A program made the translations under genes and the position numbers. From Candidatus Marinacidobacterium sp. (lineage in GTDB: Bacteria > Acidobacteriota > Vicinamibacteria > Marinacidobacterales > Marinacidobacteraceae), in contig OZ242011.1 of NCBI GenBank assembly GCA_965204755.1, positions 96,001-160,000 on the forward strand: a stretch of 64,000 nucleotides of DNA. The letters run 5' to 3'. Shown in pieces: positions 38,082 through 48,213 of the stretch. Numbering within the stretch: the stretch's first letter is position 1; each line of letters begins with the position of its first letter. The notes beneath the pieces are model-generated. The model was not told the DNA's origin and did no database searches. It saw nothing but the letters and a program-made list of their open reading frames with translations.

Positions 38082-41000
38082 GGCGGGGCCGCGCGGGATT
38101 CCCGGCCCGGCAGGAATTCCGCCGACCAGATAGCCCCCTGGTTGCTTCGGTATTGGCCGGTCCGGACGCGGAAGATTCGGTAGTCGGGCAGTCGGACCGA
38201 TGCGAGGCATTTCCCGTCGAAGAGGCTTCCGGCGTCGGCGAACCAGAAGTCGAGGTTCTCGAACCCGTAGCGGACGCGCGAATCGGGGAGATCGACGGGG
38301 TCGCGGGCATACACATGCAAGAAGAATCTCTCGGTCGTGTCTTCGGGGGCGCAGGACTCCCGGAGGTAGAAGAGCGTCGTCCCGTCGAGGTGGAGGTCGA
38401 ACTCCGAGTCCGCGACCGCGCCGGGGGCGGCGGCGGAAGTCAGGTAGTCCCAGGCGGCCCGGCGAGGATCCGGCGCGTAGGCCGGATTCACGCGGAAGAC
38501 CGCCCCGTCGCTCAGCCACGCCTCGGGCTCGAGGCCGGCGGCTTCCACGAGGGCTTCGACGATCCCGGAACCCGGGGCGCGGTCCGAAGCCGGCGACCCG
38601 TCCCGGAACCAGACGACGAGCGAACCCGGCTCGGCGCCCGCGATCCAGTCGTTCCACTGCCGCTCCCCGGGGCCGGGGGCGCCGGACGCGCCGGCTTCCT
38701 CCCCGCCGCCTCGCGCGACGGGGTTCGGCGGCGTCGTCGCCGGCGAGCAACCCTCGCCCGCCGCCGCGAGGGCGCGGAGCCGGCGCATCGTCTCCGCGTC
38801 GGCCCCCGGCGAGGCGGCGTCTTTCCCGGCGAACGGGACCTCCGCCTCCCACGACGGCGGCCCGCCGCCCGCGAATTGCCCGGTCCGAATCCGCTCGAGG
38901 GGAATTTCCGGCAGCGCGACGACGGCCACGCACCGCCCTTCCAGGCGGGCCCCGCACGACCGGAACGGGAAGTCGAAGTTCTCGAATCCGTACGGCTGGC
39001 GGGACGGGGTCAGCAGGGCCGGGTCCGCGGGATAGGCATGCAGGAAGAAGCGGGGCTCGGCGTCTTCCGGATCACAGGGCTCCCGGAAGTAGAGGAGCGT
39101 GGTTCCGCCGAGGAAGAGGTCGAACTCCCCGCGCGCCACCGCCTCTCCGGCGGTTCCCGAAGTCACGAATTCGATGGCCGGGCGATAGGGGTTCGAGGCG
39201 CCGGCCGCATCCACCCGGAAGACGGCGCCGCCGGCGAATCGGGCCACCGGCTCGACGCCGACGGAGGAGACCGCCCCCGGCGCCTCGTTGTCGGCGCCGG
39301 CCGCCGAACCGGAGCCGAGCCGCAGCAGCAGGGCCCCGTCCCCCAGCGACCGGGCCCGATAGTCCCGCCAACGCTCCCCGGCCCGGGACTCCGGAAAGTC
39401 CGCAGCGTTCCAGGGGGAACCGTCGCTGCCCCGGAAGTGGCGAAAAGTCTCCGAGTTGGCGAGGCGCCGCTTTCGGCGTTCCGTGTCGAGGGTGAAGCCC
39501 GCGCTCCAGAGTTCCCCCCTCCCGCTCTCGTACTGCCCGGTTCGGATGCCGGAAGTCCCGGTCTCCGGCAATTCCACGAGGGCCACGCACTTCCCGTCGA
39601 AGCGCTCCCCGTACTCGGTGAACGCGAAGTCCAGGTTCTCGAATGCGTTCCGTTCGCGGGTCGCAGACCGCAGCGACGGGCCGCCGCGGTACGCGTGCAG
39701 GAAGAAACCGGCCTCGGTGTCCGCCGGTGAGCAGGGCTCGCGGAAGTAGAGGAGCTTCGTCCCGTAGAGGAAGAGGTCGAAGTCGCCGCTCGCCGCCGGG
39801 AAACCGGCGGCGCCGGAAGCGATGGATTCGGCCGCCGCGTAGTACGGGTTCGGCGGGAGGTAATCCGGGTTCACGCGGAAAACGGCCCCGTCCGCGAATT
39901 CGGCGACGGCCTCCAAACCGGCGGTCGCGCGCAGATCCCCGAGCGCGTAGCCGAAATCCACATTCGTAGGGGTATGGCGGAACCAGACGACATAGGCGCC
40001 CGGCGGCGTCTTCTCGAGCCAGTCCGCCCACCGTTCCGAGAGCGGCAGGTACCGGAAGAACGAGCGCTGTCCGTAGCGGAGTTGGAGCAGGATGGGGAAG
40101 TTCGAGAACACTTCGTCGGGGATGTTCGTGTCGTCGATATGCCGGAATATCGGCGAGTCGCGCCACGGAGGCGCGGTGTAGCCGCGCCATGATGCGGGGG
40201 AAGCGCTGTTCGCCTCGCGAATCGCGCCGAGCGTCGGCGCGACCTGGGTCAGGAGGACGAAGAAGAGCCCCGCCGTCAGCGCCGCGCGGCCGAACCGCGG
40301 CCCGGTCCCGTTGCCCGACTCGCCGCCCGGCGACCGTCGCCGCCGACGCGCCGCCCCGTCGCCGGCGCCGCCGGGCTGGCGTTCGGCCGAGTCCCGGAAC
40401 GCCCGGTCGGCAGCGAAGACGACCAGAAGGATGCAGGGCGCGAAAAGGGGGGCCAGGAACCGGCTCTCGACTCCGTGACCGGTCACGGTGAAGAACGCGG
40501 CAGCCACGGTCAGGAACAGGAAGATCGCCCCGAAGCCGACGAAGATCGCCGGCGAACGGAGACGGGAGGGAAGCCGCCGGGGATCCCGACCGCCGTCGGG
40601 CGAGCCTCCGCCCGGCTTGAACGCGGCGTCGGCGAACACGGCGAGCGCCAGGAGCGCGGCGACCAGCGCGGCGCCGCCGGGGACATCGAACGCGAACCAC
40701 CCGGCCAGCGCTTCGCCCACCTCGCCGAACCGCGTGGCCAGGGAGGTTCCCCGGAACTCCCGGTCGCCGGCGAACGCGCCGATGGCGAAGTGGTTGCGAG
40801 CCATCCAAAGCGCCATCGGGAGCGCGGCGGCCACCGCGACGAAACCGCTCCGGCGGAGGCGCTCGCGCCACCCGCCGTCCGACCCGAACCAGAGCGCCGC
40901 GGCGACGACCGCGGGAACGGCGACGCCGATGTACCGGGTCTGCCACGCCAGGGCGCCGAACACCGCCGCCCCGACCAGCGCGGCTCGCCGGCCCTCGGTG

Positions 41001-41569
41001 AGGAAATCGTCGGCGCGGACGAGCGCGAGCGTCGCGAACAGGACGAACGCGGTCTCGGAGAGCGCCCACGACCCGAGGTCCCCCAGCGGAAGCGAGAGCG
41101 CGACCGCGCCCGCTCCCCACAAGGCGAGCCATCCGGAGCGGACCCGCCGGCGAAGGTAGCGCCCGACCACCAGGATGGTCGCGGCGAACAGGCCCGCATT
41201 CAGCAGGCCGGCGACGCGGATCGGTTCGAACACGCCGAGCGAGGCCGCGGCGAGGAGCAGCGGGTAGAGGGGAGGATGGTGCGCGTAGACGCCCCAGTCG
41301 GAGTTCCGGAACCCGCGGCCCTCGAGCAGGTGCTCCGCCACCGCGAGGTAGTTGATGGAATCGACCGACACCGACACGCCGTAAGCGGCCTGTCGGGCGA
41401 GGACCAGCGCGCCGCCGAGCGCGGCCAGCCCGATCAGGGCCAGCCGGAATCGGTCCCGGCGCCAACGGTCCCGGACGGATCGACCGCCGCTCCCGGAGGC
41501 GCCCGGAGGGGTTTGCGGAGAGGCCGGAAGCGGCGCCGGAGCCTGGTCCTGAACCTGAGCGGGCGGCAT
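38078..41569 (-). CDS. GT-C-like membrane protein with three two-Cys repeat domains
   Basis: SVDSINYLAVAEHL, HPPLYPLLL, LSETAF, TRYIG, SRFLAP. Repeats start near 39790, 39135 and 38410. Confidence 0.85.
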   Translation of the reverse strand: MPPAQVQDQAPAPLPASPQTPPGASGSGGRSVRDRWRRDRFRLALIGLAALGGALVLARQAAYGVSVSVDSINYLAVAEHLLEGRGFRNSDWGVYAHHPPLYPLLLAAASLGVFEPIRVAGLLNAGLFAATILVVGRYLRRRVRSGWLALWGAGAVALSLPLGDLGSWALSETAFVLFATLALVRADDFLTEGRRAALVGAAVFGALAWQTRYIGVAVPAVVAAALWFGSDGGWRERLRRSGFVAVAAALPMALWMARNHFAIGAFAGDREFRGTSLATRFGEVGEALAGWFAFDVPGGAALVAALLALAVFADAAFKPGGGSPDGGRDPRRLPSRLRSPAIFVGFGAIFLFLTVAAAFFTVTGHGVESRFLAPLFAPCILLVVFAADRAFRDSAERQPGGAGDGAARRRRRSPGGESGNGTGPRFGRAALTAGLFFVLLTQVAPTLGAIREANSASPASWRGYTAPPWRDSPIFRHIDDTNIPDEVFSNFPILLQLRYGQRSFFRYLPLSERWADWLEKTPPGAYVVWFRHTPTNVDFGYALGDLRATAGLEAVAEFADGAVFRVNPDYLPPNPYYAAAESIASGAAGFPAASGDFDLFLYGTKLLYFREPCSPADTEAGFFLHAYRGGPSLRSATRERNAFENLDFAFTEYGERFDGKCVALVELPETGTSGIRTGQYESGRGELWSAGFTLDTERRKRRLANSETFRHFRGSDGSPWNAADFPESRAGERWRDYRARSLGDGALLLRLGSGSAAGADNEAPGAVSSVGVEPVARFAGGAVFRVDAAGASNPYRPAIEFVTSGTAGEAVARGEFDLFLGGTTLLYFREPCDPEDAEPRFFLHAYPADPALLTPSRQPYGFENFDFPFRSCGARLEGRCVAVVALPEIPLERIRTGQFAGGGPPSWEAEVPFAGKDAASPGADAETMRRLRALAAAGEGCSPATTPPNPVARGGGEEAGASGAPGPGERQWNDWIAGAEPGSLVVWFRDGSPASDRAPGSGIVEALVEAAGLEPEAWLSDGAVFRVNPAYAPDPRRAAWDYLTSAAAPGAVADSEFDLHLDGTTLFYLRESCAPEDTTERFFLHVYARDPVDLPDSRVRYGFENLDFWFADAGSLFDGKCLASVRLPDYRIFRVRTGQYRSNQGAIWSAEFLPGRESRAAPP

Positions 41570-41599
41570 GTTCGTTGATCCCGAGGGGCCCGACGCGCC

Positions 41600-43771
41600 C
41601 TACCGGACGGCCGGGGACCGGGCGCCGTCCGACCCGGCGAACGAGACCTCGGCGCTCCAAAGCGGCCGCGACCCGCTCTCGTGCTGCCCGGTCCGGATCC
41701 GGGCCAGCCCGGGTTCCGGCAACTCCACGATCGCCACGCACTTCCCCTCGAACCTCGTGCCGTACTCCCGGAACGCGAAGTCCAGGTTCTCGAACCCATG
41801 GGGCTCGCGGGACGCGGACAGCAGCGCCGGGTCGGCGAGATACGCATGCAGGAAGAACCGCGGCTCCGTGTCCTCCGGGAAGCAGGGTTCGCGGAAGTAC
41901 AGGAGCGTGGCCCCGTCGAGGAAGAGGTCGAAATCGGCCCGCGCCGCCGGCGCGCCGACCGCGCCGGCGGCGATGGCGTCGGCGGCCGCCCGATAGGGAT
42001 TCGGCGGTGTGTAGTCCGGGTTCACGCGGAAGACCGTCCCGTCGGTGAACCGGGCGACCGGCTCGAAACCGGCGCGGCTGTCCAGGTCCGGGAGCCCGTA
42101 GTCGTCATCGTAAGCGTCGCCGGGCGGAGCGTGGCGAAACCAGACGACCGGCGCCCCCGGTTCCGTGTTCTCGAGCCACTCCGGCCACTCCTGTCGGAAG
42201 GGCAGGTAGAGGAAGAACGCGCGCATGCCGTAATGGAGATGGAGCAGGATGGGGAGGTTCGTCCACACCTCGCGGGGAAACCCGGTTTCCTCCAGGTAGC
42301 GGAGCGTCTCCGAGTCGTCCCAGGGCGGCGCGGCGAACCCGCGCCAGGTCGCCGGCGACGCGCTGTTGGCCTCCCGGACCGCCGAGAGCGTCGGCTGGAC
42401 CTGGCCCAGCAGGACGAGGAACAAACCCGCCGCCAACGCCCCCAGGACGAGTCTCCGGGCGAGCGCGGAGGCGTCCGTCTTCCGCCCCGGTGGAAGCCGG
42501 CGCCCCGCGGCCTCGCCGAAGCCGGCGCCGCCGGACGGGCGCGCGCCGTCGAAGCGGAAGGCGCGGTCTATGGCCAACGCAACGCCGACGAGGAAGGGAA
42601 CCACGAGCGGCGCGAGAAAGCGGTCGGCGATTCCATGACCGGTCGCGCCGAAGAGCGCGGCCGCGAGCAGCAACACCAGGTACACCGATCCGAAACCGAG
42701 GAAGACCGCGGCCGAGATCCGACCGCCGGCCGGCGGCGGCAGTTCCCGAACTCCGTTCCCCGCGCCGCGGCCCGGCGCGAGCGCGGCCGCGGCGAACACG
42801 GCGACCGCCGGAACGGCGGCCGCCAGGATCGAGCCTTCGGGAACCTGGAACGCGAACCACCCGGCCAAGCCGTCCCCGACATCGGCCAGCAGCGCGGTCA
42901 GGACCGGTTCCGGAAACTCGCGCTTCCCGGTGGCCTGTCCGACCGCGAAGTAGTTTCGCGTCGTCCACAGGGCCATCGGGAGCGCCGCCGCGACCGCCAC
43001 GAAACCGCTGCGCCGAAGGCGCTCGCGGAGCGGGGCGCCCGACGCGAACCAAAGCGCCGCGGCGATGGCTGCGGGAACCGCGATGCCGATGTACCGAGTC
43101 TGCCAGGCCAGCGCCGAGAACACCGCCGCGCCGACCAGCGAGCGCCTCCGCCCCTCGGTGAGGAAGTCGTCGGCGCGGACCAGGGCCAGGGTGGTGAAGA
43201 AGACGAACGCCGTCTCGGAGAGCGCCCACGAGGCCTGTTCCGCGAGGGGGAGGGAGAGCGCGACCGCGGCCGCTCCCCAGCACGCGAGCCACCCGGAGCG
43301 GACGCGGCCGCGCAGGTGCCGTCCGACCACGAAGACCGTCGCGGCGAAGAGCGCCGCGTTCAGGAAACCGGCGGTTCCGGCCGGCTCGAAGAAGCCGAGC
43401 GACGCGGCCAGCAGGAGCAGCGGGTACAGGGGAGGATGGAGGGCGTACGGGCCCCAGTCGTAGTTCAGGAACCCGTTTCCCGCCGCGAGGTGGCGGGCCA
43501 CCGCCAGGTAGTTGATCGAGTCGTACGACAGGGACACGCCGTAGGCGGAGAACCGCGCGAGGATCAGCGCGGCGCCGAGCGCGGACAACCCGAGCAGGAC
43601 CGGCGTGAACCGGTCCCGGAGGATCCCCGGCCGCGCCGGCCGACCGCCGGGCGCGGAGGCGCCGGCGAACGACGACGAACCGGCGCCCTCCGGCGGCGAC
43701 GCCGCGGTCGGCATCGCGACCTCGCGGCGCTCCGGCGGAGACGGGCGCCCTCCTTCTTCTGGCGCCCTCAC
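41600..43771 (-). CDS. GT-C-like membrane protein with one two-Cys repeat domain
   Basis: SYDSINYLAVARHL, LHPPLYPLLL, LSETAF, DRFLAP, ADFDLFLDGATLLYFREPC..GKCVAIVELP..RTGQ. Close paralog of 38078-41569. Confidence 0.85.
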   Translation of the reverse strand: MRAPEEGGRPSPPERREVAMPTAASPPEGAGSSSFAGASAPGGRPARPGILRDRFTPVLLGLSALGAALILARFSAYGVSLSYDSINYLAVARHLAAGNGFLNYDWGPYALHPPLYPLLLLAASLGFFEPAGTAGFLNAALFAATVFVVGRHLRGRVRSGWLACWGAAAVALSLPLAEQASWALSETAFVFFTTLALVRADDFLTEGRRRSLVGAAVFSALAWQTRYIGIAVPAAIAAALWFASGAPLRERLRRSGFVAVAAALPMALWTTRNYFAVGQATGKREFPEPVLTALLADVGDGLAGWFAFQVPEGSILAAAVPAVAVFAAAALAPGRGAGNGVRELPPPAGGRISAAVFLGFGSVYLVLLLAAALFGATGHGIADRFLAPLVVPFLVGVALAIDRAFRFDGARPSGGAGFGEAAGRRLPPGRKTDASALARRLVLGALAAGLFLVLLGQVQPTLSAVREANSASPATWRGFAAPPWDDSETLRYLEETGFPREVWTNLPILLHLHYGMRAFFLYLPFRQEWPEWLENTEPGAPVVWFRHAPPGDAYDDDYGLPDLDSRAGFEPVARFTDGTVFRVNPDYTPPNPYRAAADAIAAGAVGAPAARADFDLFLDGATLLYFREPCFPEDTEPRFFLHAYLADPALLSASREPHGFENLDFAFREYGTRFEGKCVAIVELPEPGLARIRTGQHESGSRPLWSAEVSFAGSDGARSPAVR

Positions 43772-43789
43772 GGTTTCACCGGCGAAACC

Positions 43790-46700
43790 TTACGGCTCGG
43801 CCGCGCGGCGCCGGATCGCCTTCGGCCCGGCGGCGGCGTCGCCGAGAACGAACTCGCCTCTCCAAAGGTCCTCGTAGGTCCCGTCGGCGCGCCTCCGGAA
43901 CTGGCCGGTGGCCGCCGAACGGACCTCGTACTCCGGAAGCCTTACGGCGGCGAGGCACTGCCCTTCCGAGCGCAGCGCGTGGTCGGCGTAGTCGAAGTCC
44001 CGATTCTCGAAGCGGCGGCCCGGCGAGCCGAGCGGGCCCCGGGATTCCTCCACCGGGAACAGGTGGAGGAAGAATCTCGCTTCGGTGTCGGAAAACGCGC
44101 AGGGCTCCCTGACATAGATGAGCCAGTCGCCACTGTGATAGACATCGAAAGCGGAACGGATTTCCGGCGACCCCTCCGCCACCATCCGGTCGAGACTCCC
44201 GCTTTCCAGCGCGCGATCGTAGAGGAACACGGACCGGTTCCTCGGCGTGACGAGCGCCGGACCCGGCTCGCGGCGCCGGCGAATCGAGAACCCGGATTGC
44301 CCTTCCAGGTCCGCTCGATACGCCATCACCCGTCCCGAAAGGAACCACGACATGCTCTGCGGTATCTCGTAGTCCGCCCCTCCGAACTCGTCGCGGGAAA
44401 CGAAAACCACCGCACCCGAGGTCAGGCGCCGGATCTCGTCGTAGTCGTCCAACAACTCGCCGAACTCATAGGCCGGTCCCGGCTGGTAATTCACCTCGGC
44501 GATCCGGTGGGCGGACAGACCGAACAACAACAGCACCGCCGGAACGAGGCGTCCGACCAGGCGGTCGCCGGCGACCCGGCGCAGGTACCGGAGAAACGCC
44601 GTGAAGAAGACGAGCACGACCCCGAAGTAATAGATCATCTCGCTGTCGTGGAAGGCGACTTCGGCGCGCATGGGAAGCGCCCAGCAGAACCCGGAGAGGG
44701 CGAGCGTCAGGTAGAGCAGGCGCGCCGGACCGGCCGCCGCCGCGGCGAGCGCGGTGACGGTGACGAAGACGCCGAGGAGCACGCCTTCGGCATCGCCCGG
44801 CGGGCTCGGGAAATCGCCGAGCGCGACCGCGTACCCGGGGAGCCCGTAGGGAAGGGCCATCCGGCCGAGGCGGTGGAATTGCTGTTCGAGAAACGGGCCC
44901 CAGGCGAGCGCCGACGCGTGCCGCTCGGAGAGTTGCTCCGACAGCCCGGTCCGGTAGAGGAACGACTGGTAGGAGGGCATCCCGGCGAGCCCCCCTTCCC
45001 CGTCGAGCGCGCGGTACTCCATCGCGAAGCCCGAGGTCAGGACGGCGAGCCCGAACACCAGCGCAAACCCTCCCAGCGCCAGGTACCGGCTGCGCAGCGC
45101 CTTCCGGAGCGGCCGGTCGAGTTCGATGCGGCCGGGTATCCGAAAACCGAACTTCGTTTCCCGAAACGAAGAAACGCGGAACCGTTCGCGGAGGAAGCCC
45201 AGGGCGAGGAACGGCGCGAGCAGCGCGTACACATGCCAGCCCACGAGAAGGGCGGCGCCGGTCTTGAGGAGCAACTGGCGAAAGCGCCCTTCCCGGACGA
45301 AAACCACCATGCCGTGGAAAGTCAACAGGACCGCGAACAGGTCCATCGTGTGCTCCGTGCCGACATTGTCGATGTACTGCCAGTAGTAAGAAGACACGGC
45401 GAGCAGCGTCGCCATGAGCGCGATGAAGCGGTGCGAGGTGAGCCGCCGGAGCGAAAGATACGCAGCGAGCATCGCCGCCGCGAAGAAGACCACCATGAGC
45501 AGGCGGGCGGCGAGGAGTTGCGCCGACAGGCTCCCGAAGGGCGCGATGACGGCCTTGATGAGGAACAGTCCGCCGACCGGGAAGCGGTGGTACGGTTCGT
45601 AGCGGACTTCCCCTTCCGGCTCGAGAACCCGCCGGTGGAACACCAGGTAACCGTGATCCGCGGACAGGTTGGACGCGCGCGCCATCGCGTTGTAGGTCTG
45701 GTTGTCGCTCGCCGGCGTGCGGTAGAAGCCGTGGCGGACGGCGGAAAACGAGGTCGCGACGGCCAGCGAAGCGAGCAGCAGCGCGATCGGGAAAGCCGGG
45801 GACCGGCGAAGGGCCGACCACCGCGCCTTCCACCGGGGTTCCCCCCCTGTCGGCGCGAACGGCCCGAGCGCGGACGCCAACCCTCGGCCGAGAACGACCA
45901 GCAGGACCAGCGGCGCCAGCGCGACAAAGTGGAGCGGCACGACCGGGGGCGTCTCGAGCAAGGCGCGGAAGTAGTTGATCGAGGACGCGGTGACGAGGAC
46001 GATCGGGACATGCCAGTACCGCCGGAAATAGAACGCCAGGATCAAGGAGAACACTTCCGCCGCGAAGAAGTACCGGTCGTGCATCTTCGGCAGGATGAAG
46101 GGCATGAGCAGGACCGAGAAGGTGGCCAGGAACACCGTGACTTCCGGCGTGAACCGCGCTCGGCTCCGGCGCACGGCGAAACCCGCGCCGGCGACGACGA
46201 AGCCGGCCGCCAGGAGGAACAGCGGCCATGCCGGAAGCCAGTCCTCGGGAACCCATTGATACAGGTTGTGCGCCTGCATGGTGAGCCGCCGCTCGGTGTA
46301 GCGGAGTTCGATCAGGTAGGTGGACAGCAGTTCGCCCGCCGGCCGACCGATGAGCCAGGCCGGGACCAGCGTCAGCAGGAAGACCGACGGAACCGCCAGG
46401 AAGTCCCGGAGACGGACTTCCTTTCGCATCCACAACCAGAAGAGGAACGGCGCGAGGAAGACCGCCTGCGGCTTGAACGCGAGCGCCAGGCCGAACCACG
46501 CGAAGGCGGCGGTCCGGCGCCCCGCGAGCAGGTGATAGACGCAGGCGAGCAGGAAAGTGGTAGTGATCGAATCGCATTGCCCCCACATCGCGCCGTTCAT
46601 CACGACGGTCGGCAGGAAGAGCGCGGCGGCGCCGGCGAACACCGGCGTCCATTTCGATTCCTCGTCCTTCAGGCGCGCGATCCGGTAAGCGAAGAACGCC

Positions 46701-47080
46701 ATCGCGAAATCGAAGGCGACGGAGACCGCCTTGAGCGCGGTCAGTTGTATCGAGTCCTCGAGGAACGACAACCCGGCCACCAGGTAGAGATACAGCGGGT
46801 TGTAGTTCGTGGTGTCGTCGCTGCGAAACGCCAGGAAGTGGCCGTTCTCCTCGAAGAACGCGAACCATCTGAGGAGTTGCCGCCCGTCGTGCGACACGAA
46901 CTCGAGCAACGGGAGGCGGATCGCGAGAGCCAACCCGGCGGCGACCGCGGCCACGACGCCCGGTCGGAGCGCGGCGCGACCCGCCCGGGCCCAGAGCCCC
47001 GAGCGACGCGGGCGGAGGGAAGGCGCGCGGCCCCCGCCGCCGACGCCGGGCGCTGCCCGGTCCTTCCGGTCCGCGGTCAT
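43790..47080 (-). CDS. Double GT-C-like membrane protein (mannosyltransferase-like + second module) with a C-terminal two-Cys repeat
   Basis: Module 1: NYNPLYLY, WGQCDSI, KPQAVF, LPKMHDRYF. Module 2: NAMARASNLS, YHRFPVGG, VGWHVY, FHDSE. Terminal SAFDVY..YVREPC..GQCLAAVRLP..TGQF. Confidence 0.8.
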   Translation of the reverse strand: MTADRKDRAAPGVGGGGRAPSLRPRRSGLWARAGRAALRPGVVAAVAAGLALAIRLPLLEFVSHDGRQLLRWFAFFEENGHFLAFRSDDTTNYNPLYLYLVAGLSFLEDSIQLTALKAVSVAFDFAMAFFAYRIARLKDEESKWTPVFAGAAALFLPTVVMNGAMWGQCDSITTTFLLACVYHLLAGRRTAAFAWFGLALAFKPQAVFLAPFLFWLWMRKEVRLRDFLAVPSVFLLTLVPAWLIGRPAGELLSTYLIELRYTERRLTMQAHNLYQWVPEDWLPAWPLFLLAAGFVVAGAGFAVRRSRARFTPEVTVFLATFSVLLMPFILPKMHDRYFFAAEVFSLILAFYFRRYWHVPIVLVTASSINYFRALLETPPVVPLHFVALAPLVLLVVLGRGLASALGPFAPTGGEPRWKARWSALRRSPAFPIALLLASLAVATSFSAVRHGFYRTPASDNQTYNAMARASNLSADHGYLVFHRRVLEPEGEVRYEPYHRFPVGGLFLIKAVIAPFGSLSAQLLAARLLMVVFFAAAMLAAYLSLRRLTSHRFIALMATLLAVSSYYWQYIDNVGTEHTMDLFAVLLTFHGMVVFVREGRFRQLLLKTGAALLVGWHVYALLAPFLALGFLRERFRVSSFRETKFGFRIPGRIELDRPLRKALRSRYLALGGFALVFGLAVLTSGFAMEYRALDGEGGLAGMPSYQSFLYRTGLSEQLSERHASALAWGPFLEQQFHRLGRMALPYGLPGYAVALGDFPSPPGDAEGVLLGVFVTVTALAAAAAGPARLLYLTLALSGFCWALPMRAEVAFHDSEMIYYFGVVLVFFTAFLRYLRRVAGDRLVGRLVPAVLLLFGLSAHRIAEVNYQPGPAYEFGELLDDYDEIRRLTSGAVVFVSRDEFGGADYEIPQSMSWFLSGRVMAYRADLEGQSGFSIRRRREPGPALVTPRNRSVFLYDRALESGSLDRMVAEGSPEIRSAFDVYHSGDWLIYVREPCAFSDTEARFFLHLFPVEESRGPLGSPGRRFENRDFDYADHALRSEGQCLAAVRLPEYEVRSAATGQFRRRADGTYEDLWRGEFVLGDAAAGPKAIRRRAAEP

Positions 47081-48213
47081 CGGTCCGGACCCGGGGTCCG
47101 TTCCGCGGACGGATCGCCACCTCGCACCGTCCCGGGCGTCCGTTCACCTCGCGGCGGCGCCTTCCCGAAGAGGCCGCCGATACCGGCGGCCCGCAGCAGG
47201 AAGACCGAGCCGACGACCGTGGAGGTGGTCCAGAGAAGGGCATGCACGGTCAACGCGAAGGCCGCGGCTTCCGCGGGGGCGGCGCCGTACGCGGCGAGAC
47301 CTCGGGCGGCGAAGTAGTGGAAGGTGCCCAGGTACCCCGGAGTGTTCGGCAACGCGGTGGAGAGGGTGCCGGTCGCCGCCGCCAGCCAGGGCCCGGCGGG
47401 CGCCGATCCGGTATCGATGGCCGCCTCCACCACGAAGAACATGGAGCCCTCACAGAACCAGGCGACGGCGGAGAGGCCGAAGAGGCCGAGCGTCCGCCGG
47501 CGGGAGCGCAGCGCCCGGAGGGATTCCCCGAAGTGCGCTCCGTGGCGCGAGGCGGCGGCGCGCAACCGCGCCGCGAGCGTCCGGGGCCGGACCCCCGACG
47601 GCGCCGAAGCCGAATCCGCTCCCTCCTGGCGTTCGCGGGCGCGGCCGGCGAGCCGCTGCGACAGGCGTTCGAGTTGCGAAGGGAAGAGGACGACCGCGGC
47701 GGCCGAAACGCCGCTCAGTCCGGCCAGCAGCGCCGCACCCGCGATGACCTCCCCGGAGAAGTAGCCGTCGGGAACGCCGAGCAGGCAGAAGAAGAACACG
47801 CCGGTCAGCACGACGACATCCAGCACCCGTTCGATCACCAGCGTGCCGGCGACCCGCATCACCGGGGACCGGAGTTGGCGGCCGAAACCGACCACCCGCA
47901 GCGCGTCGCCGCCGCGGAGCGGGAGCAGGTTGTTCACCGCCATGCCCACGAGGAACGGGCCGGCGCACGCGGTGACCGGGAGCCCGGGCGCGGCGGCGCG
48001 GAGAAGCCACCACCAGCGGACGATCCGGCATGCCCAACTGCCGAACAGGAACAGGACCCCGAGCCCGAGCGCCCCCGGGGAAACGCCCCGGAACGCCGCC
48101 CCGACCGCCTCCCAGTCCAACTCCCGGGCGAACAGCCACGCGAAAACGGCCGCGAGGAGGAGCCCCGGCGCGAGCCGCCAGTAGCGCCGCGGCGTCCGTC
48201 CGGCGCCGGGCAT
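47077..48213 (-). CDS. Lysylphosphatidylglycerol-synthase TM-domain (putative flippase) protein
   Basis: RIVRWWWLL, NNLLPLRGGDALR, IERVLD, PNTPGYLGTFH. Confidence 0.85.
   Translation of the reverse strand: MPGAGRTPRRYWRLAPGLLLAAVFAWLFARELDWEAVGAAFRGVSPGALGLGVLFLFGSWACRIVRWWWLLRAAAPGLPVTACAGPFLVGMAVNNLLPLRGGDALRVVGFGRQLRSPVMRVAGTLVIERVLDVVVLTGVFFFCLLGVPDGYFSGEVIAGAALLAGLSGVSAAAVVLFPSQLERLSQRLAGRARERQEGADSASAPSGVRPRTLAARLRAAASRHGAHFGESLRALRSRRRTLGLFGLSAVAWFCEGSMFFVVEAAIDTGSAPAGPWLAAATGTLSTALPNTPGYLGTFHYFAARGLAAYGAAPAEAAAFALTVHALLWTTSTVVGSVFLLRAAGIGGLFGKAPPRGERTPGTVRGGDPSAERTPGPDR

Noticed and set aside
34579-47080. Diversity-generating retroelement or CRISPR explanation for the repeats
   Set aside because: No reverse transcriptase, no adenine-specific TR/VR pair, no cas genes and no repeat-spacer periodicity were seen. 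The repeats are diverged protein domains.
41681-47317. Very long ORFs such as 41681-47317(+), 56464-60426(+), 20760-24137(+) and many other Arg/Gly/Pro-rich frames
   Set aside because: They are antisense or off-frame shadows of genes with clear motifs. Stop codons are rare at this GC content.
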